From the NCBI GenBank assembly GCA_951406725.2, contig OX597827.1, positions 80,166,001 to 80,230,000 on the forward strand: a stretch of DNA of 64,000 nucleotides. Direction: 5' to 3'. Positions 1-12,775 of the stretch are shown here, in pieces. The stretch's first letter is position 1. Each line of letters starts with the position of its first letter. Both the position numbers and the translations under genes were made by a program. The DNA is from Octopus vulgaris. Lineage: Eukaryota. The notes under the pieces were generated by a model. The model searched no databases. It was not told where the DNA came from and saw only the letters and a program-made list of their open reading frames with translations.

Positions 1-1989
1 ACTAACAGTCAGTGTCAAAGACACACTAGTTGTTGCTGACAGAACTGGAGTACCACTGTCTTTCACAACAAACTCAAGCTCATATGATCCGGCATCATTT
101 TGGTAAACTGTGCGTGAGTAAGATAACACACCAGTGAAAGAGTCCAGTTTAAATAACTGTCTCTCGTTACCTGAAACGATTTCATACCTGAGAAAAGCAT
201 TCATGTGACTGTCTATATCAGATGCTTTCAGAACTGTGATGTCGTTCTTACTTTGCGGATGATAGTGGACATTAAGAGTGAAATGGTCAACACTAGGAAA
301 TGTAAAATATGGAGCATTATCATTTCTATCCAATACTTCCACTTCAACATTCACTGTGTTATTCAGAGATGGGCTTCCATTGTCTTTCACAAAAACCTCA
401 AACTCATAGAAATCTCTGTGTTCTCTGTCTAAAGACTGGTTTGTTGAAATAAAGCCAGAGTTGATAATCTGGAATGGCAGACGATATTGCTGTTTATTTC
501 TCAGAGAATAAGACAATTCACCTCCCTTACCAATATCTGGGTCTGTAGCATTGATAAAGCCAATAGGGAAATTAGCTTTGTCATTCTCATAGGTAAGGAA
601 CTTGAATGTGTCTTTCGTAAAGTGTGGCTCTACATCATTCACATCCAACACTTGGATTGACAGATCTTTATCAGTTTTCAGAGCAGGTAATCCTTTATCT
701 TCACACGACACAGTAAAGTGATAATGTTCCTGTGTCTCTCTGTCTACTGCTTTCTTTAGAACTATTTTATATTCCTTCGATCCCATTGACTGTAGTTTGA
801 ATGTGTCATCTTTGATATGACAGTTCACCTCTCCATTGTGTCCAACATCATTGTCAGTGACCATCACATAAGCAATGAAACTACCAACTTTGATGTCTTC
901 CAGAATGGTGGCTGTGTTGTGATTCTGTGCAGAAATAAAGTTCACATCAATATTAGGGGGATTATTGTGTTGGTTGATGACATTTACCATAACAGTAGCT
1001 ACAGAACTTAGTGGGGGACTGCCTTCATCCCTTGCTTCAATGTATAATTTATATGATTCTTCCTTACCAATTTGTAATTGTTTAGCTAAATACAACATAC
1101 CAGTGTTTTCCTTTAATACAAAATTATTCCTAATTTTATCAGGAGTTTTTCTACTAAAATAATATGATATTTTACCATTCCTGCCAATATCTAAATCACT
1201 GGCAGATAATGTGACTACTGGAATATTCTTTTTATGTTTATGTTCAATGGAGACATTGTAGACATGTTGGGAAAATTCTGGTTTATTATCATTTTCATCT
1301 TCCACAGATATTTTCACATTTAAAACAGATTGTTTTGGTGGAGTTCCTCCATCTTTAGCAATGACCTCAATATTGTAGTTGTCTTTCTTTTCTCTGTCTA
1401 ATTTACCCTCTAATATAATTTCTAATGATGATAAACCATCAGCTTCTTTGGAGACTGATAAGGAAAAATATTTATCATCATTTCTTAGTTCATATGTAAT
1501 TAAGCTGTTCTGGTATCCAATATCTTTGTCAATAGCACCCGGTATAGTTTTCTTCATTCCATCACGGTCTCCTTCGCCAAAGATTACTGTTATTTCTTTC
1601 TGAGGAAACTCAGGTTGGTGGTCATTGATGTCTTCTATTATGACTTTAATCTTTAAGATCTTCATAAATGTCTTGGATTTGTGAACAGCAACTTTAACGA
1701 TTTCAAAACATTCTTTCTCATAACTACACACAGACTCAGCATCCAATGTCTCAACAGTGTACAGTTTACCTGTTCTCGTCACATTGAACAACTGTTCTCC
1801 CTTTTGTTGCAGTTGACTAAATGTAATTAAATCCTTATTCTTTAAGAAGGAGCTGTCTGATTTCTGTAAGTCAGTAGCAATGTCCCCTACATAGGTATAG
1901 GGACTATTCTCTTCTTTAACATGGAATGTGATATCTTCACTTAGATAACAATGGAAGAAAGTCAGCAAAACACACAGGTGTAACAACAT
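1..1989 (-). CDS. Pcdh: Protocadherin G1, large exon (signal peptide to EC6), 3' part runs off the window
   Basis: Manual translation of the minus strand from ATG at 1989 (MLLHLCVLLTFFHCYLSEDITFHVKEENSPYTYVGD...HQPEFPQKEITVIFGEGDRDGMKKTIPGAIDKD...VATVMVNVINQHNN...) is open through the parts checked and matches G2-G7. Splice acceptor ttttctgtttcag lies just before 2033. Absent from the ORF track because no stop lies in the window. Confidence 0.93.
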   Translation of the reverse strand, partial: MLLHLCVLLTFFHCYLSEDITFHVKEENSPYTYVGDIATDLQKSDSSFLKNKDLITFSQLQQKGEQLFNVTRTGKLYTVETLDAESVCSYEKECFEIVKVAVHKSKTFMKILKIKVIIEDINDHQPEFPQKEITVIFGEGDRDGMKKTIPGAIDKDIGYQNSLITYELRNDDKYFSLSVSKEADGLSSLEIILEGKLDREKKDNYNIEVIAKDGGTPPKQSVLNVKISVEDENDNKPEFSQHVYNVSIEHKHKKNIPVVTLSASDLDIGRNGKISYYFSRKTPDKIRNNFVLKENTGMLYLAKQLQIGKEESYKLYIEARDEGSPPLSSVATVMVNVINQHNNPPNIDVNFISAQNHNTATILEDIKVGSFIAYVMVTDNDVGHNGEVNCHIKDDTFKLQSMGSKEYKIVLKKAVDRETQEHYHFTVSCEDKGLPALKTDKDLSIQVLDVNDVEPHFTKDTFKFLTYENDKANFPIGFINATDPDIGKGGELSYSLRNKQQYRLPFQIINSGFISTNQSLDREHRDFYEFEVFVKDNGSPSLNNTVNVEVEVLDRNDNAPYFTFPSVDHFTLNVHYHPQSKNDITVLKASDIDSHMNAFLRYEIVSGNERQLFKLDSFTGVLSYSRTVYQNDAGSYELEFVVKDSGTPVLSATTSVSLTLTVS

Positions 1990-2851
1990 CTCTGCTTTTG
2001 ATGGTATTAAAGTGTTGATATTAAATTGTTGATCTGAAACAGAAAAATGTTTTGAAAGTGAGAAGATGCCTTAGAAATCATAATTATTGTTAGAAATCAC
2101 AGATTGTATGAATACACATTGATTACATGGATCTGTTAAGGATATACTAATTATATGTGGAAATAATAGTGTAATTAACAATTTCTATCATTTCAAAGTT
2201 AACATTAATTCTCTGAATGAACAATATCATAACCAAACTGTCAGATACATCTGTTCATTCGTTAAGAGCCAACAAAAGCTGGAAGTCTTGTCTTCAACAA
2301 GTTGTGTTGTCTCTATAAGAAACAACACAGCATATTGTTTCTTTTGTCTTCAACTCTCTAAATCCCATTTTCTAGACATCCCATCAGTAAATAATTCTCC
2401 TTTCTTAGCCAACAATTAAACTGCTTTCAAACCTGATTTAGTTGCAGCTACATTATTAACATTTATTTCTTTTGAAAAAGCATTAAAAGACTCTAATTCA
2501 GAAGTTTATATTTCTCATGACAGTTTTTCTCTTTGATGAGAATTGTAAGATGAATGCTTCAACTGCTAATGTTAATATTAGCACTGCATTTCAGAAATAT
2601 GGGGTAAAGGCTAAGAATGGGCACCTTTTCATATTGTGTAAGAAAAACTTTGTGTTTTGTTTTAAAGTCATCCCTCAAACTAAGGTAAATGTTCTTCCAG
2701 TGTGTGAATTTTGTCTACCTATTTGCAGATTCTGGATCTGTACAAATTTTCTTTCCAATTATAATTTTCAAAAACCTGAAGCTGAGAAAAAATTTAAAGT
2801 AGGTCTATTTTGTGAAGAAATACAAGTATTTTCCTTTCTACCACTTTGGAC

Positions 2852-3151
2852 TTAACCCTTTTCAGACATGGGGCTTTAGTATGTGTAGCCAAAAAGACCA
2901 AATTTTTTTTCTGTTAAGATTGAAATTGAAGGGTGCAAGTAGAAAACAAAGGATAAATTACCTAAAGCTACTTTATTAGTATGTAAAACTATATAAATTA
3001 TATAGTTTTATATCCACCGAAAGATGATCTCTGATTGGCTATTACACTTCAAAATGTTGGTTTCATAAGGCCAATGAATCAACTTCAAAGTCCTTTCAGC
3101 TGGTATCACACTTGGGCCAATCAATCAGCCTGGGTGTCACAAGAGGGTTAA
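2852..3151. mobile_element. Possible piggyBac-like MITE
   Basis: Ends read TTAA-CCCT... and ...AGGG-TTAA with imperfect terminal inverted repeats (ccctttt-cagaca vs ccctctt-gtgaca). Confidence 0.35.
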
Positions 3152-4427
3152 CAACCTGAATTGTATACTTGTTAATTATTTTGTTATTAATGGGGTAGTC
3201 AGGTAATTCAAAAATACTGTGTTAGGTTCTAATATCCATTATTCTTAATCCATAAATAAATTAAGTAATAGTTATGTTCTAGTTGTACTGATACAGTTAT
3301 TTGAACTTAATGTTTAAAAACTAGTTTTTTTTTTTAATTTCCTCTTTATCAGATAATTTACTACAGTGAAAGTAGAAATTCCAATTACTGAACGAAAAAG
3401 TACAGAGGTAAATTTACTTTCAAAATGTTGTCAGGAGGTAAATGGAATGAAAAAAAAACCTTGAAAGCTGCTGTTTTATATAATCAAAATAGTTACCAGA
3501 GGTAAGACACAGCCTGGCCTATTTGAAACTGGTAATAATATAAAAACGTCCCCTGATGCAATAATGTTGATATTACCTACACATTTAATGACATACAAAT
3601 GTCATTAACGACATAGCATCTGCCATAAATGACATTACATGCAATGGGAGGTTAAATTATTTTTAGTTAGAATGAATGGTAGATTTTGTGGCTCCAGGGA
3701 TAAACATGACATCAACCACTTTACTTGCTTTCCTCAATGTACAAGTAAAGGTTTCTTGCCACTCCCTGCTCGTATTGTCATAGATACATACAAACTATAT
3801 TGCAGCAGTGTATGGGATGTTGTTGATTTCTGTGGCTCCATCCATTTAGACGGGTGAAGATATACTGTTTGGAATTTCACACTTCAGGAAATTTTCACAT
3901 TTTAGCAAATAAAAATATCACACTTTTTTTTGTATTTTTTTCAAATAAAACATTGATTCAGTTGAGGTTACTACAGCAATAAGAGTTCTATTTTTTGAGG
4001 CTGAATTTTATTGCTCACTAACTAAAGATAAATAGGGAAACAAAATTTTTTGTGTGAATGTCATATACTCAATGAAGCTGACGGTTCAAATAAAATAAGA
4101 TCAGTAATTATAGTTTGTTAACTCCAGTGCATATGAACAAAAACATGGTTCCAACGGGGGAACAAATTGATTACTGGAGATAAAAACATAACAGAAAACA
4201 ACACAGTGTAACAAAACGGGATATAAAACATTTTTATACAGATTCAGTTCATAAAAAATTTAGAGTTAGTTCCCTTAGTTTAATTCACCATAATGAGACT
4301 ACAGTATTATTTTTACCATCTAGAGATTTGGAAAATAAAATTTCGAACTATCTTTATAGAATAAGTATAAATTTATGATACACGAAAGAAATTCTGCCAT
4401 GTATTTTGTAACAGAATTATTTTAACA

Positions 4428-4897
4428 TGACTTCCTGGAATCTGTCCAGAGACGTGCAACCAAACGCATACCCTCCATCAGACACCTACCATATTCTGAG
4501 CGCCTTGTTTCCCTAGGCATGGATTCACTGAAGCTCCGGCGTCTGGCGATGGACTTGATAAACACCCACAAAGTTATCAACCACCTCACCAACAACAACA
4601 CTGAACACCTTTTTGATCTCCATGTGTCTAACACACGTGGACATGCCTACAAAGTCAGAAAACAGCACAGCTCCCATGACTTTCGGAAACATTTTTTCAC
4701 GCTCAGAGTTGCTGAAGCATGGAATAAACTGCCTGCGTCAGTTGTTGACTGCCATGACACTGCATCCTTTAAGGCCCTCATGCTTTCCGAAATCCGCTGA
4801 AACTACACCTGATTATATATACACTTTAGATGAGTTGTAGTGCACCTGAGCACTGTACACAATTATTATTATTATTATTATTATGATGATGATGATG
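4428..4897 (+). mobile_element. 5'-truncated CR1/L2-group LINE 3' end
   Basis: Translates as LESVQRRATKRIPSIRHLPYSERL...LRRLAMDL...NTRGHAYKV...RKHFFTLRVAEAWNKLP, typical of the C-terminus of CR1/L2-group ORF2. Ends in an (ATT)n(ATG)n tail at 4861-4897. Confidence 0.85.
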
Positions 4898-5089
4898 AAT
4901 CCATATTATATACTGATTATATACAGAGAATTCAGGCTAAATTTGACAATTCTTTTTGTCTCCTTTTTTTAGGAACAGCTTAATGTATTGATGAACAGTC
5001 GGCAGTAGTGGAGATCAAAGAGATCAGAGTTTTACTTGAGATAAAGTTAGCTGACATGGAGGAACAGAAACCATCTGAATAAGGGAAGA

Positions 5090-5765
5090 GAGTTACCCAT
5101 ATCATGATGATTCATGCCAGGTGTCAAAATGCTAATGTCATCACTGCTATTCAATGCTCTGAAGAGTGTAAAGGCTGCAGACACAACATAGCAAGCTGCA
5201 ATGGAGGCTATGAAGCCAAGGCCAGCAGGAAGGTACACTGCAAGCGTTCTGACTGTGCGCACCTGCCAGAATTCATCCCCACAAATCTGAACAGGGCCTT
5301 AGACTCAATTCAGAAGGCTATGTGAAGCTTCTGCAGGCTGTGGTCAATACCTGGTTGGAGAGAGTTGCTGTTGAAAGGCCATGTGTGTAGCAGCAGGATT
5401 CGGATCCTTGCCGTACTTTCAGAAAGGGTCAGAAATGGTTGTCTGAGAATTTCTATGACTTCACCAGCCCCAATTTCTGGTCTCCTAATTCTCCTAATTG
5501 AAATCCCATGGATTAGTATGTGTGAGTCAAAATGAAGGAAGTGTCCAAAGATCTTCCCAGGACGCAATGAGGAACACATGGGCCAAGTTCCAGAGCCAAG
5601 GTGAAAGCTAAAGACAGCAGCTACTTCAAGTAAACTGTTATCTCTGAGCCATAAGCCAGGTTGATGTTTTTTGATTTTTAAAAAATACTTTTATTTTTGG
5701 AGGGGATATTGTTTTCTTTTCCTTTTATGCAAACTGTCGAATCTAGGCTGAATGTCCTCTGTGTG
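5090..5765 (+). mobile_element. Degenerate Tc1/mariner (maT/DD37D-like) transposon remnant
   Basis: Broken frames give WLERVA...QQDS...QKWLSENFYDFTSPNFWSPNSP.NPMD, resembling the WPPNSPDLNPLD motif. A related copy with the same 3' end lies at 51.6-52.2 kb. Confidence 0.7.
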
Positions 5766-6859
5766 TATGAGGAGGGACAGAGGTAGGAGGGAGATGATTT
5801 ATGATTGATACAGATTTAATTTCTTTCTACTTTAAATGACTCAAAACTTGAAATGTTCACCTTTCTACTACACAAGACAGAAATCAGATAACATTCTCTC
5901 CTCAATTGATAAAAAATTTCTATTATCTGTATCAGCTGAACTTACAAAATATGTCATTTGGATATCTGCTTTCATTTCAAGTTAATTAGAAACATATATT
6001 TTATTACTTGGTTCAGCCTTGATGACAGTAGTGTTATAAGAGATAGATCTCCAGTCATTAATATAGCACCATGATGCAGAAAAAACGTAATTTTTACACA
6101 GAAATTTGTTTTAAAATAACAAATTTACAGTGAAATAATAAATCTATAGGATATAAAGAGTAATTGCATTTGTTTATTTCAATTTAAATCTCTGTTATGC
6201 ACATAAAGAACATTTAATTTGCTAATTGTTATATGACTGCAACACTATGACAGACTTAGAATAACAGTTGAATAAATTATAAATATCTTATGAAGAAATT
6301 AAATTACCAAGCTATTGATATTAATGTTTTATATAGTTCGTCACTGCTAATATTTTAAATCAAATAAATATTTTAACAAATGTACTCATTTTTTCTATCC
6401 TTCTCAAGATGGAATAAAACTAACCTTTCTGAAAATAATGCTCAAGATGAAATTAACAACCAGATATATTTTATTCATTACACACAAAGACACAGATAAG
6501 AACACATAGTCAAGTAAAAACACAGATAGACACTAATACAGGAAGCAGCCAGAATTATTAATAACTGTATTATTATGTAATTTGTGAAATTTAATAGAGA
6601 AATGCTATACTACTAAATATAGTTAAATGATTATTATGTGCAATAATTTATAAATACAAAGACTAAATATCTAATGGCCTCATTTCCTAGGAACAGAATG
6701 AGATATAATACTCATAACTAGTGAATGAAAATAATAAGGATATATAATTATGAAGAAAATTAATTATGTAAGTTTGAACATATATTCTTCATATTAAATG
6801 TTGTTTCTATAAAGGAAATCCTTGATTGCCATGATGGAAAGGAAGACTAATGAGAACTA

Positions 6860-7505
6860 ACCCAAATCTAATATGGCCACCATTAGAATATTACATTTTG
6901 AGGCTACAATACAAGCAAACATGAAATCATTATTTCACATAATTTGAATAAATAATATGGAATAACAAACTTACCTTCATTGTGTGTAAAATCCTTTGTT
7001 GTATAAACTGTGACTTGGTCCCAATGTTCTGTTGTTAATGTTTGTCTGTGTCACTGCTGCTATGGTGTGACACTGGCTTCATGTTGATGGAATAGTGTTG
7101 GTGGTGAGTCAGTGGGAACCAGCAGTTCCCTCTCAAGTCTTCCTCTGTGGATGGGTGGTGTTTAGTGAGTGTGTGTGTATGCATGTAAGTGAGTGAGAGA
7201 GAGAGAGAGAGAAAGAGGGGAAGAGTGATGGGTGATGCTTACTCCAGCCTCACTCAGACTTGGTGTTGTGTTTTCCCTCCACAAAGAAAAGAGAGGGACA
7301 ACAAACTATCAGCTCCACTAACAGTCAGCCATGATAAGTCTATATAACACCAACATGTCTGATGTGGAGAGAGACTGACATAGAAATCCTTAGAACAGAG
7401 AGGTTATATTAACAAAATATGGCTGATGCTGTTAATGTGTGTGCAATTTAAAATATAAACAGAATATTGATGATAATAGTTAGTGTGTCTGACCTAATTC
7501 TAAAC
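6860..7505 (-). promoter_or_regulatory. Conserved promoter/first-exon block of G1 (exon ends 6975, ATG-AAG|gtaagt)
   Basis: One of six near-identical blocks, each upstream of a large exon. Strong donor; TATA-like ttatatag, TGACTCA and GCCATATT motifs. Confidence 0.75.
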
Positions 7506-7584
7506 TAACTCTCTCAATCAGGATTTGAAACTTTAAAGATGTACTGATATGTATAGTAAATAAATTATATTTCCTGAAATACTG

Positions 7585-7797
7585 GTCTCAAATTTTCGTA
7601 CAAGGCTAGCAATTTGGGGTGAGAGAGTAACTCAACTGCATGGACCCGAGTACTCCACTAGTACTTATTTTATCAACCCTGAAAGGATGAAAGGTAAAGT
7701 CGACCTGGATGAAATCTGAACTCAGTATGCAAAGATGGACAAAATGTTGCTAAACATTTCACCTGGTGTGCTAATAATTCTGCCAGCTCACTGTCTT
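7585..7797 (-). mobile_element. Octopus-type tRNA-derived SINE
   Basis: Minus strand gagctggcagaattattagcac...ctgagttcagatt...gtcgactttacctttcatcctttc...gataaaataagtac (A/B-box-like head). Related copies at 31.7, 48.3 and 62.9 kb. Confidence 0.75.
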
Positions 7798-8286
7798 ATT
7801 TATTTCCTAAAATATTACCATGTAATATAATCCTTATTCAAGATTTATATGGAATATACATGTAAACTGTCATCATCATCATCACTTAACATCTACTTTC
7901 CATGGTGGCATGGGCTGATATTTCCTCACATCCTAAAATTTAATTAATAACTCATTAATAACACATTTTCAAAAGCATTTTTACTTCTAAATTTTATTTT
8001 TACCAAGAGAAAAATTTATTTTAAAATTTCCAAAAATGTTTATCTTACCTAAGTTTATGTAATTACAGAGAGTTATATTTTGATTGAAACTTTTCATGCC
8101 TATAACTGATGGTTATTTTTTTCATCTGTAAAAACCTTCCAAAGATTTATTTATAACATGTAAAGTTTGAAATGCATAGAAAGGAATTCAGTCATATGAA
8201 AGCAATATCATGATGTAACTAATATATTTCTGTTGTTTTAAATGTTGTGTGAATGTTGAAGGTGATATTATTTCTGTTGTGTTAAC

Positions 8287-8408
8287 TTAACTGGCAACAA
8301 CATCTGGTGTTGAAGGTAACTGTCTCTCTGGAGGTTTCACATATCTGTCTTGGTAATGGTCTCTCTCACTGGTGCTTGATACATCGGGTGGGGCACCACC
8401 ATAGATTC
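8287..8408 (-). CDS. Pcdh: Protocadherin G2 terminal coding exon
   Basis: Acceptor tgtgtttcag; phase 1 reading (G)IYGGAPPDVSSTSERDHYQDRYVKPPERQLPSTPDVVAS*. Conserved in six copies. Confidence 0.88.
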
Positions 8409-9633
8409 CTGAAACACACACATATATCAAATAAATGTATTGCATAAGTCATGTAGTCAGTAGGTATTTTATGTCAGGGAAAAAAAACTATTTAGATGTG
8501 TTTTAATTGTACAATATATTATGTTGTTTACTGATTATAATTAAACAGTTCTGCTCCATTAGTTTCAAAAAGTATTAGAAATAACACCACAATTACCTGT
8601 ATATTGTGATGAACAACTAATTGTACATAATGAAAAACAAGGGACTAATGGTGAAAATACTGGACCAGGTTAAAATATATGAAATTAAGAACTTGACAAG
8701 GTGAGTAGATATGTATCTGACACTGAAGGAGACACATCACAAGGGATAAGTTACAAAACTTAGTGTAAATAATAAATAAATACATAAATAATAAATATAT
8801 AAATATAGTGTAAATATGTAAATGTAGTATAAATAATATACAAAGAAATGTCACTCACAACAAAACCCATATCCAAAATATTTTTGTATTCATATAGACT
8901 GATTTTATAAAAGTCATTTTATCAATTTGTATTTCCACAACAGTTTAATAATTTATGTCCCTAACACTTAGCTGAATGGAACAAACACCATATTTTGTAG
9001 AAAAAAGTGCAATACCTTTTTAGATTCCTGTAAACTGTGTACTTATAACTACCAGAATATGAATAAGAATTGAATACTCTTGTAAACGTTCCTAATGTTA
9101 GGTTCTTGAAGATATTTTGCGAAATACAAACATAGATCAGATCATGTAAATGTTTTCTGTTTTTTTCAGTGTTTAGAGTTAATTCTGGACAATACTGTGA
9201 TAACCACCTAATGACATTTTATATTATGCAAATTGTATTCACAATAACTTTTGAATAGATTACAGCCAAGTTGAGCAACAGGATATATGTTTAAGTCAAT
9301 GACAAAATGTAATATAGGAGAGGTCCTCTATACATCTTTGCTTTGTACAGGGAGATTTGGTGTGTATGTATAAAGTATTATATTGTCACTTTAAGTATAT
9401 ATTGGTATTTCTAAAAGTTTCCTTACAGCTTTCTATGTCGTGATTAGTTGATATATTTTTAGGAGAATACATTACATAATGTCATAAAAGCTGTTTCTAA
9501 AACATCATGATTATCATTCAGGATACGAATTTTATATTAATTAACAAATTAAAGAGTTTCAAGAAAGTGACGTCAGAATGAGAGACATGATAATGAAATT
9601 AGTAACAAATGCAAATGGCTGAGAGTGTTGTAC

Positions 9634-9787
9634 CTGACATTGCTGGTATTTCTTCATACTGTCTACTTGACCGCTCACTCCAGCACTGTCCACTACTCTT
9701 ACGACTGGTCAATGTGTCAGTGGGATAGTGAGAAGATGGTCTGTTGTCTCCATAAGATGTCACCTCAATGGGTTGACTGTATTTCTG
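9634..9787 (-). CDS. Pcdh: Protocadherin G2 cytoplasmic exon (154 nt)
   Basis: ttttccag|CAG...TCAG|gtacaa; phase 0 to 1, QKYSQPIEVTSYGDNRPSSHYPTDTLTSRKSSGQCWSERSSRQYEEIPAMS(G). Joins in frame to both flanking exons. Confidence 0.9.
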
Positions 9788-10417
9788 CTGGAAAATACAA
9801 TAGCAACAAAATATATTGTAATGGTATCATTTATAAATGTGAACCTGTTACATAGCTAATTCTTAAATATTGATGGGTACATGTATGTAATAATATACTA
9901 TCAACAAGCTATTCTTCCTAACTGCCCATATGAGCACCTAACTAGAACAAGTTAACTAAAATTAGACACATCTCAAATCATTATTTTATAGCTCCCTCTG
10001 AAAAAGCAAATAGTGTCCATGGAATTTTTAGATCTTCCTTTATTAGTTATACTACAAAAATTCATATTGTGCATGTGTCTGTATAATTGCCATACAAGCC
10101 TGGAGGCATCTGAACTGCTATATCAAGAGTTTTCATAAAATTAGCAAAGATTCTATTGACAAATGGTAAGAAAGCACAGTGGTTAATTAGGTCCCTGATG
10201 CTCTACAAGGTATGAATGAACTCTTCATACTCCTAATAGGGATTCTCTTGGATTTGAACAAGAAACAGAAGGCATTTGTCATCTCTGCACCATATTAGTA
10301 AATTCTTCATAGATAAAAAGCATTTGGACAGTAAACGGTATTCTTAAATTTCCAAAGAGAAAAGTAACTTTCATATAAGCATGGTGCCATCTAATAGTCA
10401 ATCAAAGCAAGGCTTAC

Positions 10418-12775
10418 CTTTGTAGACTTCTGAAGTGATCTGCTCATTGTCGATGTCTTCCAGTCTTCAGGATAGTAATGGCTCCTCGAATGACCATATC
10501 TGTCTGACATCTCTCCTCGATTACCTGACATCACAGGTACACTGTTGTTACCTTGATAGATCAACTGTCTCATCTCATTGCGACATTGGTATGCCTGTTT
10601 CTCTTCTGCTGTTCTTTCAGATGAGCTATTTCTCACATTGTTACATCTCACAATACACAGGGTTATAGAAACCACAATAGCTATAGATACTATCACAGCT
10701 GCTACTACAATGATAATCAACAATGTCGCATCTATTGTGTTATCACTTGGTAGGTGCACAGCTGTGAACATTGGTGACGTCTTGTTACTAACAGTCAGTG
10801 TCAAAGACACACTAGTTGTTGCTGACAGAACTGGAGTACCACTGTCTTTCACAACAAACTCAAGCTCATATGATCCGGCATCATTTTGGTAAACTGTGCG
10901 AGAGTAAGATAACACACCAGTGAACGAATCCAGTTTAAATAACTGTCTCTCGTTACCTGAAACGATTTCGTACCTGAGAAAAGCATTCATGTGACTGTCT
11001 ATATCAGATGCTTTCAGAACTGTGATGTCGTTCTTACTTTGCGGATGATAGTGGACATTAAGAGTGAAAGGGTCAACACTAGGAAATGTAAAATATGGAG
11101 CATTATCATTTCTATCCAATACTTCCACTTCAACATTCACTGTGTTATTCAGAGATGGGCTTCCATTGTCTTTCACAAAAACCTCAAACTCATAGAAATC
11201 TCTGTGTTCTCTGTCTAAAGACTGGTTTGTTGAAATAAAGCCAGAGTTGATAATCTGGAATGGCAGACGATATTGCTGTTTATTTCTCAGAGAATAAGAC
11301 AATTCACCTCCCTTACCAATATCTGGGTCTGTAGCATTGATAAAGCCAATAGGGAAATTAGCTTTGTCATTCTCATAGGTAAGGAACTTGAATGTGTCTT
11401 TCGTAAAGTGTGGTTCTACATCATTCACATCCAACACTTGGATTGACAGATCTTTATCAGTTTTCAGAGCAGGTAATCCTTTATCTTCACACGACACAGT
11501 AAAGTGATAATGTTCCTGTGTCTCTCTGTCTACTGCTTTCTTTAGAACTATTTTATATTCCTTCGATCCCATTGACTGTAGTTTGAATGTGTCATCTTTG
11601 ATATGACAGTTCACCTGTCCATTGTGTCCAACATCGTTGTCAGTGACCATCACATAAGCAATGAAACTACCAACTTTGATGTCTTCCAGAATGGTAGCTG
11701 TGTTGTGATTCTGTGTAGAAATAAAGTTCACATCAATATTTGGGGGATTGTTCTGCTGGTTGATGACATTTACCATAACAGTTGCTATGGAACTAAGCGG
11801 AGGACTGCCATCATCTCTGGCTTCGATGTATAATTTAAAAGACTCATCCTTATCCATTTTTGAAGATGTAGCTAAATATAATTTCCCAGTCCTTTCATGT
11901 AAATTAAAGTTTCTCTTCATTTTCTCAGCAGTTTTCCTAGCAAAATAATATGATATTTTACCATTCCTGCCAATATCTAAATCAGTGGCAGATATTGTGA
12001 CTACTGGAATATTCTTTTTATGTTTATGTTCGATAGAAACATTGTAGATACTTTGGGAAAATTGTGGTGGATTATCATTTTCATCTTCCACAGATATTTT
12101 AACATTTAAAACAGACTGCTTTGGTGGAGTTCCTCCATCTTTAGCAATGACTTCAATATCATAATCGTCCTTCTTTTCTCTGTCTAATTTCTCTTCTAAA
12201 ATAATTCCTAATGTTGATATTTCATCAGTCTGTTTTGCAACTGATAATGAAAAGTGTCCATTATCTTTTTTCAATTCATAAGTAATTAAGCTGTTTTCTG
12301 GACTCATATCTTTGTCAATAGCATTAGGTATGGGTTTCTTCATACCTTTACCATCACCTTCCCCAAAAATTAGTGTGATTTCTTTCTGAGGAAACTCAGG
12401 TTGGTGGTCATTGATGTCTTCTATTATGACTTTAATCTTTAAGATCTTCATAAATGTCTTGGATTTGTGAACAGCAACTTTAACGATTTCAAAACATTCT
12501 TTCTCATAACTACACACAGACTCAGCATCCAATGTCTCAACAGTGTACAGTTTACCTGTTCTCGTCACATTGAACAATTGTTCTCCCTTTTGTTGCAGTT
12601 GACTAAATGTAATTAAATCCTTATTCTTTAAGAAGGAGCTGTCTGATTTCTGTAAGTCAGTAGCAATGTCCCCTACATAGGTATGAGGAATATTCTCTTC
12701 TTTAACATGGTATGTGATATCTTCACTTAAATAACAGTGGAAGAAAGTCAGTAAAACACAGAGAAACAGCAACAT
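10418..12775 (-). CDS. Pcdh: Protocadherin G2 large exon (SP, EC1-EC6, TM, juxtamembrane)
   Basis: 794-aa ORF with cadherin motifs (DINDHQP, LDRE, DENDNPP, DVNDVEP, DRNDNAP), EC1 C-X5-C and TM LLIIIVVAAVIVSIAIVVSITLCIV. Donor AAG|gtaagc at 10418; acceptor before 12817. Confidence 0.97.

Noticed and set aside
7311-7330. CTCF-like reading of ctccactaacagtcagc, and of tggccacca near 6875
   Set aside because: Both lack the AG(A/G)(G/T)GGC core; too many mismatches to call by eye.
9670-9705. SSGQCWSE as a delta-protocadherin CM2 motif
   Set aside because: Only the CW dipeptide matches GHSDxCWMP, and no CM1 is visible.
10391-10417. ORF-track C-termini such as VSLALIDY, VSFIWIECLLVINV and VCFKILC
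   Set aside because: These are read-through into the intron past a conserved AAG|gt donor; real only if the intron is retained.
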